From: Armatimonadota bacterium
Lineage (GTDB): Bacteria; Armatimonadota; SYMT01
Assembly: GCA_041690135.1 (NCBI GenBank)
Contig: JAWLHY010000001.1
Coordinates: forward strand, 960,001-1,024,000
DNA length: 64,000 nucleotides
Direction of reading: 5' to 3'
Positions 37,001 through 45,658 of this stretch are shown here, in pieces. Position numbers and translations under genes: made by a program. The notes beneath the pieces were generated by a model. That model saw nothing but the letters and a program-made list of their open reading frames with translations, was not told the origin of the DNA and made no database searches. Within the stretch, counting starts at the first letter, position 1, and every line of letters begins with the position of its first letter.

Positions 37001-38147
37001 CAAGGCCCTGGCAGTGGATACTCACGCCGGCAATTCCGGACCGCGCGACGTGCTGGAACGGCAGCTCCTGGCCGTCTGGAAGCGGACCCTCGGTGCCGGC
37101 CAGGTCGGCACCCGGGACAGCTTCTTCGATTTGGGGGGGCATTCACTGCTAGCGCTGCGGTTGTTCGACGAAATCGAGCGGACGCTGGAGCGGCGCTTGC
37201 CGCTTTCACTGATCTTCCAGGCGCCGACCGTGGAGCAGATGGCGGAAGTCTTGCGTAAGGACGGCTATCAACCCCGCTGGACCTCCCTCGTCCCGATCCA
37301 GCAGCAGGGGAGTCGTCTCCCATTCTTTTGTGTCCACGGCGGCGGTGGTTACGTGGTCTTCTTGAAAGATCTGGTGGCGCGGCTCGGTCCCGACCAGCCG
37401 TTCTTCGGCCTGCAACCGGCCTACTTGGGAGGTGGCCCGCGTCACCAATCCATCGGGGAGATGGCGGCGCACTACCTCCACGAAATCCGCCAGGCTCAAC
37501 CGGAGGGGCCGTACCAATTGGGCGGCGCGTCATACGGAGGCGTCATAGCGTATGAGATCGCGCAGCGACTCATGGCTGCCGGGGAAGAGGTGAGTCTACT
37601 CGCCCTGTTCGACACCCATGCTCCCGGATACGGTCGCTCCCGTCCGGGCTTGGGCCGCTGGGTGCGGCGCCTGCTGGCCCAGGCCTACCGGGTAGAGCAC
37701 CACGTGGTGAGCGTCCTCTTGCTGGAACAGGAGCGGCGTGGGAAATACATCCGCGAGAAGCTAGAGCGAGTCCGCTACGAAGCGGAAACGGGTGTGATAG
37801 GGCTTAAAAGGCGTGTGACCCGGGAACAGGTCCGCTTATCCGGTGCGAGCGAAGGTTCCCTCGCACCCGAGGCTACGACCTACGTCGACCTCTTGCGGCG
37901 CTACGAGCCTGAGCCCTATCCTGGTAAAGTGACCCTGTTCCGCGCGGGGCGGCAGTGGCCGGTGGAGCGCCCCTTACCGTGTCTGGGTTGGAGCGCCCTG
38001 GCGGAAGGTGGTCTGGAGATCATTCCCGTTCCCGGTTTCCACGCCGCCCTCCTTCAGGAGCCTCATGTCCGCACCACCGCCGAAAAGCTCCGGGAACGGA
38101 TTACTGTGTCGGCTCATACTGAACGTGTCCATCCACAAACAGGTTGA
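34038..38147 (+). CDS. NRPS termination module C-A-T-TE
   Basis: LSFSQRRLWF, HHIIGDG (C); YTSGSTGRPKG, FDLS, LYGPTE, YRTGD, NGKLDR (A); FFDLGGHSL (T); GASYG (TE). Confidence 0.96.
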   Translation: MSDLQERLARLTPAQRAELERRLLQRASAGAVASHIPRRDPEVPCPLSFSQRRLWFMEQLEPGNAAYHIAVRWELRGALEPSALRAAFEAVVRRHEALRTVFRLEGGEPVQVVVDHCSGYFAEQDLRTVAEEQRQAAWEEACQGQIRTPFDLVQSPLFRVLLGRLADQEYRMCVVIHHIIGDGWTMGILWKELSQAYTAQVTGAAPGWPELEIQFPDYAQWQRDHLQGSELEKHLEFWKEELAGAPTVIDLPYDRPVPPARDHAGSRYHFPMSSELLEELRGLARTEGVSLFMLLLAAFQVLLHRYTGQDDLLVGTPVANRGRTEVEPLIGFFVNTLVLRGRLEGDPSFRAFLRRTREICLRAFGHQDLPFERMIEDLHQERSLGHNPVFQVMFSLQNAPRTFLELPEVQAAREVVPRETSMFDLTFDLTETAEGLWCWMEYAADVFDRPTIARMAGHYETLLRAIVTDPERPISALPLLPEAERRQLLVAWNATEAPLLAGTCLHQLFAEQVGRTPDAPAVVWQGRTWTYAELDLRAETLARRLLAQGVGPESRVGICLERTPQMIAAVLGVLKAGGAYVPLDPAYPRDRLDFMLQDAEVAVLISERELACGFAQCPAPVLFIDGDEEPFARDPANLPEVSDRNLAYVMYTSGSTGRPKGVAVEHRSVVALVEWSKSLVGPEEIAGMLASTSLCFDLSVFEIFATLCRGGAVILAKNLLELPELPDALRVTLVNTVPSILAELLRRHTLPTGVLTTILCGEPLSTELVDTLYAQGVERVYDLYGPTEDTVYSTWVLRRAGGPATIGRPIANSQAYVLDPRREPVPIGVPGELYLGGAGLARGYLHRPELTAERFVPHPFNQDPEARLYRTGDRVRFLPDGQLQFLGRLDNQVKLRGFRIELGEIEALLRAHPALAEVAVLLREDAGEKRIVAYCIAGEAAPTASDLRSLLRERLPEHVIPSAFVFLDRLPLLPNGKLDRRALPAPQVKALAVDTHAGNSGPRDVLERQLLAVWKRTLGAGQVGTRDSFFDLGGHSLLALRLFDEIERTLERRLPLSLIFQAPTVEQMAEVLRKDGYQPRWTSLVPIQQQGSRLPFFCVHGGGGYVVFLKDLVARLGPDQPFFGLQPAYLGGGPRHQSIGEMAAHYLHEIRQAQPEGPYQLGGASYGGVIAYEIAQRLMAAGEEVSLLALFDTHAPGYGRSRPGLGRWVRRLLAQAYRVEHHVVSVLLLEQERRGKYIREKLERVRYEAETGVIGLKRRVTREQVRLSGASEGSLAPEATTYVDLLRRYEPEPYPGKVTLFRAGRQWPVERPLPCLGWSALAEGGLEIIPVPGFHAALLQEPHVRTTAEKLRERITVSAHTERVHPQTG

Positions 38148-39468
38148 TGCGGCCCCCCGCTACAGGGGCATAGCCCAACAGCGTCTTCGAAGGCTCCGTG
38201 ATGTCCACAAGTCTGCTGCCAGGGTATGTGTAGGTGAACCCTTCCAGCACGGTCTCCTGTTTCAGGTAGGGGTTGAGGAGCGTACGCAAGTCCGCGTCGC
38301 TGCTCGGGAGCGTCTCCTGGTGGTCCTGCGCGTAAATGAGCAGGGCGGTGCCTAAATGTTTCAGGTTCGACATCACCGTAGTTCTCTCGGCTTCCGCTTT
38401 CGCAAGTAGGTAAAGCTTCCGATCCATGCGCACCAGGCGCCGGACGTAAGCGGTCCCCTCACTCGTGTACAGCACGGCATCACCCTTCGGCGAGAGGAAC
38501 CCTCCCGGGCTGTCGGCAGCCACCAGAACACGGGGGCGCTCGCTGACCTCTACGGACTCCAGCCAGAGTGGCTGGAGTTTTCGCGCCGTCTCGCCTTCCC
38601 TTACCGTAACTGTTCCGGTGCGGATCCGGAAGGGCTGGCTTGCGGGCGGCGGCGGTGTGACTCTCCGAGGACGCGTGGGAGACGGAGTAATCTTGCCGGA
38701 GACCGCATCCAGCAGGTGCCAGCGCAGCTTGGGGCGCATCGCGCCCGCTCCGCTGCGGTCGTTGAGGACAAACGCAACGTGGCTCCCCCCTTCGGCCCAG
38801 TAAATGGTCGTGATCTGCTCCTCTGCCTTTGGCGCACTGTATTCTCGCACGGCCCCCGAAGCGCTGATGAGGCGCAAGGTATTCCGCTCCAGGCTGGAGA
38901 GGTAGGCTAGGGGGTGGGTGGGCGACGCGCGCATCCGCGTATCTCCCGGCACGCGGAAGAGCAGGTGAAAGGAAGATCGGCGGGCATCGATCCGCAGCAG
39001 CCAGTGCTCGACGGGGCGAGGCGCCGCAGTCGTGGGGGTTCCCTTGGGAAGTGGTGGCACCACCTGGACCAGCGCCAGGGCGATCTCCGAGTTCGGTAGC
39101 CAGGTGAACTGGATGAGTTCGGGGTCGGCGCTATCGGACTTCCACACCTCGCGGGAGCGGCCTCCTTCAGATTTCCAGTGCACGAGCGCCGTGTGGATGG
39201 AAGGTCGCCCTGCCAGGCCGGCCCGTAGGTTCGGTTTCACACGGAGCGCCAAAATGTGCGCCCCCGACGGTGACCAGAGCGCCAGCGGCACCGGGCCCTG
39301 TGCCACGACCTCGGGAGTATCCAGCACGAAGGCATCCGTGCGAGTGAGCAGACAGAGATCCGGGTTCGGCAGCGATACCGGGGCTGCTGCTACGGGAGCG
39401 AGGGCGCCAAGCACCAGGCAGAGCCCGGTGAGTTTGAGCGGATGCGGGTGCCGCAGACGAAATCTCAT
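38101..39468 (-). CDS. Exported beta-propeller-like protein with C-terminal DUF1559-like domain
   Basis: Signal peptide; WSPSG/LSPKGD TolB-like motifs; C-terminus SNLKHLGTALLIYAQDH...NLFVDGHV; 47-nt convergent overlap with the NRPS. Confidence 0.75.
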   Translation of the reverse strand: MRFRLRHPHPLKLTGLCLVLGALAPVAAAPVSLPNPDLCLLTRTDAFVLDTPEVVAQGPVPLALWSPSGAHILALRVKPNLRAGLAGRPSIHTALVHWKSEGGRSREVWKSDSADPELIQFTWLPNSEIALALVQVVPPLPKGTPTTAAPRPVEHWLLRIDARRSSFHLLFRVPGDTRMRASPTHPLAYLSSLERNTLRLISASGAVREYSAPKAEEQITTIYWAEGGSHVAFVLNDRSGAGAMRPKLRWHLLDAVSGKITPSPTRPRRVTPPPPASQPFRIRTGTVTVREGETARKLQPLWLESVEVSERPRVLVAADSPGGFLSPKGDAVLYTSEGTAYVRRLVRMDRKLYLLAKAEAERTTVMSNLKHLGTALLIYAQDHQETLPSSDADLRTLLNPYLKQETVLEGFTYTYPGSRLVDITEPSKTLLGYAPVAGGRINLFVDGHVQYEPTQ

Positions 39469-39512
39469 GACGGGTACCTCTGGGAACGAGGAGTGGCTGT
39501 TCTGTCGTGATA

Positions 39513-39537
39513 AACGTTGCGGTGCCGGGGTGGTTTC
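39513..39537 (-). promoter_or_regulatory. ECF-sigma-type promoter
   Basis: Minus strand GAAAC-N16-CGTT upstream of the 39468 start. Confidence 0.45.
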
Positions 39538-39574
39538 GCCTGGCAAGGCGCGTCCCTTCCACCCCTGCTATCCC

Positions 39575-39583
39575 TGCTATAAT
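39575..39583 (+). promoter_or_regulatory. Extended -10 housekeeping promoter
   Basis: TGcTATAAT about 50 nt upstream of ATG 39635. Confidence 0.6.
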
Positions 39584-39634
39584 TCAGCCGTCCGTTCCGA
39601 TCTTCCGGTCGATCTTCCGGCCCTGAAATCCACT

Positions 39635-40606
39635 ATGATGACCCGACGTCTTCTCCTCTTCCCGGCGGCACTGGCTCTCGTAGCCGGAACGCCCCAGCTC
39701 TTCGCCGCCCCGCCTTCGGGCGCCTCCCCCGTGATCGGGCGGTGGGACATCACCGTGAGAAACCCCGGGGGTGGGACCTCCCCTTCCTGGCTCGACATCC
39801 AACTTTCCGGCCGCTCGACCCTGGTGGGCTACTACGTGGGCCGGGGCGGCAGTGTCCGACCGATCTCCCGCATCCACCAGCAGGGGGACCGCATCCACTT
39901 CTCCGTTCCGGTCCAGTGGGAAGAGCCGGACCGCGATCTTACCTTCGAAGCGCGGCTGGCCGACGGCAAGCTGGTTGGTAAGCACACGGATCAGAACGGC
40001 AAGCAGTTCGAATGGACGGGGGTACGCGCGCCCGCCCTCCGGCCGGAAGGCGAGCCTCGTTGGGGTACGCCCATCGAACTGTTCAACGGGAAGGATCTCT
40101 CCGGCTGGCGTCCCCGCCATACCGGCCGCCAGCATGGGTGGAAGGTGGAAAACGGAATGCTCCGCAACCTGAAGCCTGGGGTGGACCTGGTCACCACCGA
40201 TACCTTCGGAGACTTCAAAGTTCACGCGGAGTTCCGCTATCCCAAGGGCAGTAACAGCGGTCTCTACCTCCGCGGCCGGTACGAGGCCCAGATCGAAGAC
40301 AACTACGGGCGCCCGCCCGAAAGCCACCTGATCGGCGGCATCTACGGATTCCTCACCCCACGGATCAATGCCGCGAAGCCGGCCGGTGAGTGGCAGACCT
40401 ACGACGTTACCCTGGTGGGCCGCTACGTCACCGTGGTCCTCAACGGCCAGGAAGTGATCGACCGGCAGGAGATCCCCGGCATTACCGGTGGCGCGCTCGA
40501 CAGCAACGAGGGCGAGCCCGGCCCCATCATGCTCCAGGGCGATCACGGTCCCATCGACTTCCGCAAGGTCACCCTCACCCCCGCCCTGAACACCGCGGCC
40601 AATTGA
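39635..40606 (+). CDS. DUF1080 family protein with N-terminal beta-barrel extension
   Basis: Signal MMTRRLLL...; ELFNGKDL, NSGLYLRGRYEAQI, MLQGDHGPIDFRK. Confidence 0.9.
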   Translation: MMTRRLLLFPAALALVAGTPQLFAAPPSGASPVIGRWDITVRNPGGGTSPSWLDIQLSGRSTLVGYYVGRGGSVRPISRIHQQGDRIHFSVPVQWEEPDRDLTFEARLADGKLVGKHTDQNGKQFEWTGVRAPALRPEGEPRWGTPIELFNGKDLSGWRPRHTGRQHGWKVENGMLRNLKPGVDLVTTDTFGDFKVHAEFRYPKGSNSGLYLRGRYEAQIEDNYGRPPESHLIGGIYGFLTPRINAAKPAGEWQTYDVTLVGRYVTVVLNGQEVIDRQEIPGITGGALDSNEGEPGPIMLQGDHGPIDFRKVTLTPALNTAAN

Positions 40607-40626
40607 GTCCACCCACGCGCCGCCGG

Positions 40627-41646
40627 TCACTCATCGGCGGCGCGCCCGGTCACAAACAAATCCGTGGGCGGTTCCGGCCACGACTCCAGAATGGTCGCAA
40701 CTAACCTCCGGGTGTTGGGAACGTTGTCCCGCTCCAGATATCCGGTGAGCGTGCGTTCCAGCTCTTCCGTACCGGGATCTTGCAGCAGCTCGGGCTGATA
40801 CCGGTGGAGCAAGGGGGTATTGTAGCGGCGCAGCACCACCAGGGCTTCCAGCGCAATCAGGCTGAGTGGGCGACCCGCCTCCAGCCACCGGACCACCCGA
40901 GGCCAGGAGAGCGCCGACAGCGCCGCCAGTTGTCCCCACAAGTTGTAATGCACTCCTTCCAGGTGGTTTTCTATCCAGGCCAGCGTGTCGGATGACCGGA
41001 AATGCGCCAGCGCCAGGGCCGCGTTCTTGAGCTCGGAAGCAGGTAGTGGCTCGAGTGCTGCTGTTACACGTGTGAAGCCTTCTTCCGGTGGGAGGCAGGC
41101 AGCGGAAGCATCCGCCAACGAGAAGAGCACTACCGGCCGGTAGCTTTCCCACCGCGACTGAATCCAATCCCCAGCCACCTCGCCGAGCACCCGCGCGCAG
41201 ATTTCGTAGGCGCGCGTTTCGATTCCCAGGCTGCGACAGGAGGCCACGCGTTGTTGCAGCACCGCCAGCAGGATCCGGGTGTCCTGCGCCCGGAGCGCCT
41301 CCACCTGCTCGTCCGTCAGCCAGTAATCGGCCATCACCCGGTCCACGAGCCGCTCCGGGTTCCGCGCGGCTTCTTCCAGCGTGGGGGCCGGATACTTCTC
41401 GGGCTCCTCCACGTCTTCGTCGGATGCGTACGCCACGCCGTTCTCGTCATAGAAATCGTCGTGGAGCAGGAACTTGTCCGGACCGTGTAGGGCCGCCAGG
41501 TTGAACCACTCCAGCGGCCGCAAAGCCATCGTCTCCAGCCGCCGGGCGCACTCCCTGCACACCCGGTAAGGCTGGCGCGGCTCTTCGTTCTCCACATTCA
41601 TTTCCACCGGCCGTAACCGGCACGCCTCACACACGGATAGTTCCAT
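40627..41646 (-). CDS. Hypothetical protein with N-terminal CxxC...CxxC and helical repeats
   Basis: CEAC...CREC; LRPLEWFNLAALHG..FLLHDDFYDENG; SD-like GGAG. Confidence 0.75.
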   Translation of the reverse strand: MELSVCEACRLRPVEMNVENEEPRQPYRVCRECARRLETMALRPLEWFNLAALHGPDKFLLHDDFYDENGVAYASDEDVEEPEKYPAPTLEEAARNPERLVDRVMADYWLTDEQVEALRAQDTRILLAVLQQRVASCRSLGIETRAYEICARVLGEVAGDWIQSRWESYRPVVLFSLADASAACLPPEEGFTRVTAALEPLPASELKNAALALAHFRSSDTLAWIENHLEGVHYNLWGQLAALSALSWPRVVRWLEAGRPLSLIALEALVVLRRYNTPLLHRYQPELLQDPGTEELERTLTGYLERDNVPNTRRLVATILESWPEPPTDLFVTGRAADE

Positions 41647-41763
41647 TCCGCTCCCGCCTCCATACGGGTGAGTATGACAGCCTCATCAGATTCCCGTATC
41701 TGCCATCCACCCTCTTCCACGCCTGAAACGCCACTTCCTTTCCCCCGCGGACCCTCCGTTCTC

Positions 41764-41853
41764 CCCTGCCAACTATCCAACCTCCGGCCCTCGTGGGGGC
41801 ATCAACTTTCAACCTGCCAACCTTCCACCCTGCAAACTTTCCAACTTTCCACC
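41764..41853. repeat. Degenerate short tandem repeat (~8-mer, CTTCCAAC-like)
   Basis: ctgccaac/tatccaac/ctttcaac/cttccacc/tttccaac units. Confidence 0.7.
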
Positions 41854-41925
41854 CAGCGATGGTTGAATTGGCGAGAAATCGCGCCCAACGTGGGTATACA
41901 CGCATGACCGAAGGAGGCAGACACC

Positions 41926-43497
41926 ATGGCGACCCAACTCCCCGGCCGCCGGCGCGAGACGGACCGCGAGGTCCCAAAGCGCTCGGCCGAGGGTACTTCA
42001 CGTACCCCCCACCGTCTCTCTACCGGCGTCCCCGGTTTGGACGAGGTGCTTTCCGGAGGCTTGATTCCCGACCGGGCCTACCTGCTCCGTGGCGGGCCGG
42101 GTAGCGGTAAGACGACCCTCGGCCTGCACTTTCTCGCCGCCGGAGCGGTGACTGGAGAGCCGGTGTTGTTCCTGACGCTGGCGGAGCCGGAAGCGCAGAT
42201 TCGCCAGACGGCGGAGGGTCAGGGGTTCGACCTGACGGGTGTCTCCTTCCTGGATCTTTCACCAGGGTCCGAGTATTTCTCCGAGAGCCGCGCCTACGAC
42301 GTTTTCAGCCCGTCCGAGGTGGAGCGGGAGCCGACTACGCAGCGCATCGTGGAGACCGTCAAAGAGCTCCAACCCCGCAGAGTGTTCCTGGATGCTATCA
42401 CCCAGCTCCGGTATCTCTCGCCCGATGCCTTCGAGTTCCGGAAGCAGGCGCTCTCCTTTCTCCGCTTCCTCGTCGAGCAGAATGCCACGGTACTCTTCAC
42501 TTCGGAAGCCAGCGAAGCGGCACCCGATGACGACCTTCAGTTCATGGCCGATGGGGTCCTGCACCTGACCGCGGCCCAGGAGGGGCGGAACGTCCAGGTC
42601 GAAAAGTTCCGCGGCTCCGGGTTCCGCACCGGCCGTCACGCGCTGCGCCTGAGTCAACGTGGGATGGAGGTCTTTCCACGGCTGTTGCCGCCCCTGCGGA
42701 CCGCGCGTCCGGATTTCGGGATGATGCCCTCCGGCGTGCCCTATCTCGACGAGATGCTCCACGGGGGATTGGAGCGCAGCACCATCACCATCATCAGCGG
42801 CCCGAGCGGGGTGGGCAAGACCACCCTGGGTCTTCAGTTCATGAAAGAAGCCGCGGGCCGTGGGGAGCGGTCGGTAGTGTATCTCTTCGAAGAGGCGCCC
42901 GAGGTCCTGATCGAGCGCAGCGAAAACGTGAACATCCCGGCCCGCGCGATGGTGGAACGCGGGACGCTCTCCCTGGTGGCGGTGGAGCCTCTCCGGTTCT
43001 CCCCGGACGAGTTCGCCAGCATGGTGCGCCGCGACGTGGAAGAGCGCGGCACACGCATCGTGATGATCGACAGCGTCGGTGGCTATCGGCTTTCCCTTCA
43101 GGGGGAAGACCTGGTCGTGGCGCTTCACGCGCTCGGCAAGTACCTCAGCAGCCACCAGGTCTCACTCGTGCTGATCAATGAGATCGAGAACGTCACCGGC
43201 GATTTCCGCCCCACGGATGCCGGGATCAGCTACCTGGCGGACAACATCCTGTTCCTGCGGTTTCTGGAGATCAATGGGGAACTGCGGAAGGCCATCGGCG
43301 TCCTGAAGAAGCGCCTGGGGGACTTCGAGAAGGCGATGCGCCAGATCGAGATCAGCCGGTATGGGCTCAAAGTCGGGCCACCGCTCACCGGGCTTCGGGG
43401 CCTGCTTAAGGGCACCCCCGAATGGAGTCAGAGCCCCGAATCCACGGGTGCCGACGGGGGCGCCTCCTGGGACCCTCTGCGTATGCCGCGGTCGTGA
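41926..43497 (+). CDS. KaiC-like double-domain RecA-family ATPase
   Basis: Two Walker A motifs (GGPGSGKT, GPSGVGKT); STGVPGLDE; GISYLADNILFLRF; GVLKKR. Confidence 0.92.
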   Translation: MATQLPGRRRETDREVPKRSAEGTSRTPHRLSTGVPGLDEVLSGGLIPDRAYLLRGGPGSGKTTLGLHFLAAGAVTGEPVLFLTLAEPEAQIRQTAEGQGFDLTGVSFLDLSPGSEYFSESRAYDVFSPSEVEREPTTQRIVETVKELQPRRVFLDAITQLRYLSPDAFEFRKQALSFLRFLVEQNATVLFTSEASEAAPDDDLQFMADGVLHLTAAQEGRNVQVEKFRGSGFRTGRHALRLSQRGMEVFPRLLPPLRTARPDFGMMPSGVPYLDEMLHGGLERSTITIISGPSGVGKTTLGLQFMKEAAGRGERSVVYLFEEAPEVLIERSENVNIPARAMVERGTLSLVAVEPLRFSPDEFASMVRRDVEERGTRIVMIDSVGGYRLSLQGEDLVVALHALGKYLSSHQVSLVLINEIENVTGDFRPTDAGISYLADNILFLRFLEINGELRKAIGVLKKRLGDFEKAMRQIEISRYGLKVGPPLTGLRGLLKGTPEWSQSPESTGADGGASWDPLRMPRS

Positions 43498-43509
43498 GGA
43501 GAACCCGGA

Positions 43510-44844
43510 ATGAGCCGAATCGCCCTGTTGGTCGACCGGAAAGAGAACCGGCGGATACTCGGTCAATGGTTAGCTTCGCGTTACGAAGTGCACGATGCGC
43601 ACCAGGAGCTCAACGGTACGGCGCCCGACCTGGTGCTGGTGGACGGTCCTGCCCTCTCCCGGCTATGCGAGCAGTTGATCGCTCGCCGTGAGAACGAACG
43701 ACCAGTGACTCTACCGGTACTGCTGATCGCTTCCAGCGGCGAGGGACCCGTGCCGCGTTGGGTCTGGAATTGTGTCGATGAAGTGATCCGGGCTCCAATC
43801 GAGAAGGTGGAGCTCCAGGCTCGGGTGGAGGTGCTTTTGCGCCTCCGCCGGCTCTCGCTGCAACTCCACGAACGGGCGGAGGCCCTGGCCAGCCGGCTGG
43901 GCCGCGTCCTCGACGACTCGCCGAACGGCATCTTTATCTTCGACGCTGGGTCACTTCGCTTTGTACAGGTAAATCACGGGGCCTCACGTGCTCTCGGCTA
44001 TACCGCCGACGAACTCCTGGGGATGACGCTCCAGGATCTCCAGCCCGAACTGACGATGGAACAACTGCGCGAGGTGCTGGAGCCGCTTCGCACCGGCGAA
44101 CAGGAACAGGCCGTATTCGAGACGACCCAGCAACGCAAAGACGGATCCAGTTTTCCTGTCGAGTACCGCATTCGCCATTCTCCGGGCGAGAGCCCCCCCG
44201 TGTTCGTGGCGGTGGTCCAGGACATCACCGAGCGGCGCCGGGCCGAGGAACTGGAGCAGGAGGCGCATCTTCGAGCCCTGCAGGGGGAGGTGGAAAAACG
44301 CCGCTTTGCCCGGGACGTGCTGTGCGCCGTTACCCAGCGGAAGTTTCTCCTGGTGGATCGTTCGGAGATTCCCACCGAGGGCCGGCTGGTCCTGGACCTC
44401 CCCACCGAGAACGGCCAGCAATACCGGCAGGCGCGCCATGCGTTGGAGACGGTAGCACTGGACTGCGGAATGTCGGACGAGCGGGCCGCCAACCTGGTGC
44501 TGGCGGTGGGAGAAGCCATTGGGAATGCTCTCAAACACGCCACCCACGGTCGCTGTCAGGTCTACGTGAAGGAAGGCGCCCTTCTGGTCCGCGTGTCCGA
44601 CCGCGGCCAGGGGATGCGTTGGCAGGATCTCCCCGCCACGGTGCTCACCGCTGGTTACTCCACCAAGATCTCCCTGGGCGTGGGCTACACCCTCATGCTG
44701 GAACTGGCGGACCAGATCTGGCTCAGCACGGGCCCGGAAGGCACCATTGTCCAGCTTGCCTGCTCCGTCGAACCGCAACCCGAACTGGAGCCCGCCGAGC
44801 TCCTCGCCTCCGCCATGGACCGGCTTGGAAACGACGGCTGGTAG
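43510..44844 (+). CDS. Degenerate receiver - PAS - HATPase (RsbW/anti-sigma-type) signalling protein
   Basis: PDLVLVD; PAS with RKDGSSFPVE..VQDITE; AVGEAIGNALKHA, VSDRGQG, SLGVGY; no HisKA H-box. Confidence 0.85.
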   Translation: MSRIALLVDRKENRRILGQWLASRYEVHDAHQELNGTAPDLVLVDGPALSRLCEQLIARRENERPVTLPVLLIASSGEGPVPRWVWNCVDEVIRAPIEKVELQARVEVLLRLRRLSLQLHERAEALASRLGRVLDDSPNGIFIFDAGSLRFVQVNHGASRALGYTADELLGMTLQDLQPELTMEQLREVLEPLRTGEQEQAVFETTQQRKDGSSFPVEYRIRHSPGESPPVFVAVVQDITERRRAEELEQEAHLRALQGEVEKRRFARDVLCAVTQRKFLLVDRSEIPTEGRLVLDLPTENGQQYRQARHALETVALDCGMSDERAANLVLAVGEAIGNALKHATHGRCQVYVKEGALLVRVSDRGQGMRWQDLPATVLTAGYSTKISLGVGYTLMLELADQIWLSTGPEGTIVQLACSVEPQPELEPAELLASAMDRLGNDGW

Positions 44845-44861
44845 CGCCTATACTCGGAGCA

Positions 44862-45512
44862 CTAGCTTGACCTGGACGCCAACCTGGCTTCCACCGCCTG
44901 CTCGTATGCCTCCAGCGGCACGGTCCCCACCAGCACTTCCTCGCCGATCAACACCGTGGGTACGGCGCTAATCCCCAGGGCCAGCGCATCCTCGTGCTCC
45001 GCCAGCACGCGGCCATCGAACTCCCCGTCTTCCACGGCCGCCATCAGTCGTTCGGCGGGAAGCCCCACCTGCTCCGCCAGGTCCGCGAGCACCTCCGGAT
45101 CGCTGATGTCCGCCGTTTCCCGGAAGAACGCATCGTACAGCGAGAGGTCGAACTCGTCGAAGTGCTCCGGATACTCGTGCTGCACCCACCGTGCCGCCGA
45201 CAGCGCCGGCAGGGACGACGTGGGATAGGGGCTGCCCACCGGCGGCAGGTCGTAGGGCAGGCCGGACATTTTCCACGCCGCCCGCCGGTGCTCCAGGTGA
45301 TACTCGGTAAAGGTCCGCGACGCCCCCTCCGGAAGCAGCAGGAAACTGCGGTGTTCCAGCTCGATGGCACCCGGACGACGGTCGCGCAGTTCTCGCAGCC
45401 GGACGGCCGGCGGCCAGCACCAGGGACAGAGGTAATCGGCAAAGATGGTGACGCGCACCTGGATCTCGGCGCCGCTGTGGAATCCCTCTGCGCGCTGGAA
45501 GCGGGTCGACAT
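44862..45512 (-). CDS. DsbA/FrnE-family thiol oxidoreductase
   Basis: FADYLCPWC, DISDPEVL, GISAVPT. Confidence 0.9.
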   Translation of the reverse strand: MSTRFQRAEGFHSGAEIQVRVTIFADYLCPWCWPPAVRLRELRDRRPGAIELEHRSFLLLPEGASRTFTEYHLEHRRAAWKMSGLPYDLPPVGSPYPTSSLPALSAARWVQHEYPEHFDEFDLSLYDAFFRETADISDPEVLADLAEQVGLPAERLMAAVEDGEFDGRVLAEHEDALALGISAVPTVLIGEEVLVGTVPLEAYEQAVEARLASRSS

Positions 45513-45560
45513 GTCTCGTACTCCTCGGGACGACGTATCGCTGTCGCTGTTCCGAACAGT

Positions 45561-45585
45561 TTTCCCATCTCCGCCCGGATGAAAC
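45561..45585 (-). promoter_or_regulatory. SigB-like promoter for DsbA/FrnE gene
   Basis: Minus strand GTTTCA-N13-GGGAAA. Confidence 0.55.
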
Positions 45586-45658
45586 CTTGGAAACCGGCCC
45601 TGCGACCGGAGCCGGGTGACGAAGAGGGCAATCCCCGCAGGGTAGAGAAAGGTATTGC

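Noticed and set aside
41926-43497. Bona fide circadian clock
   Set aside because: No kaiA or kaiB nearby, and the phosphosite region is SY rather than ST. Treated as a KaiC-like signalling ATPase.
44862-45512. DsbA-like protein as a second selenoprotein
   Set aside because: The active site is ordinary CPWC with no in-frame TGA.
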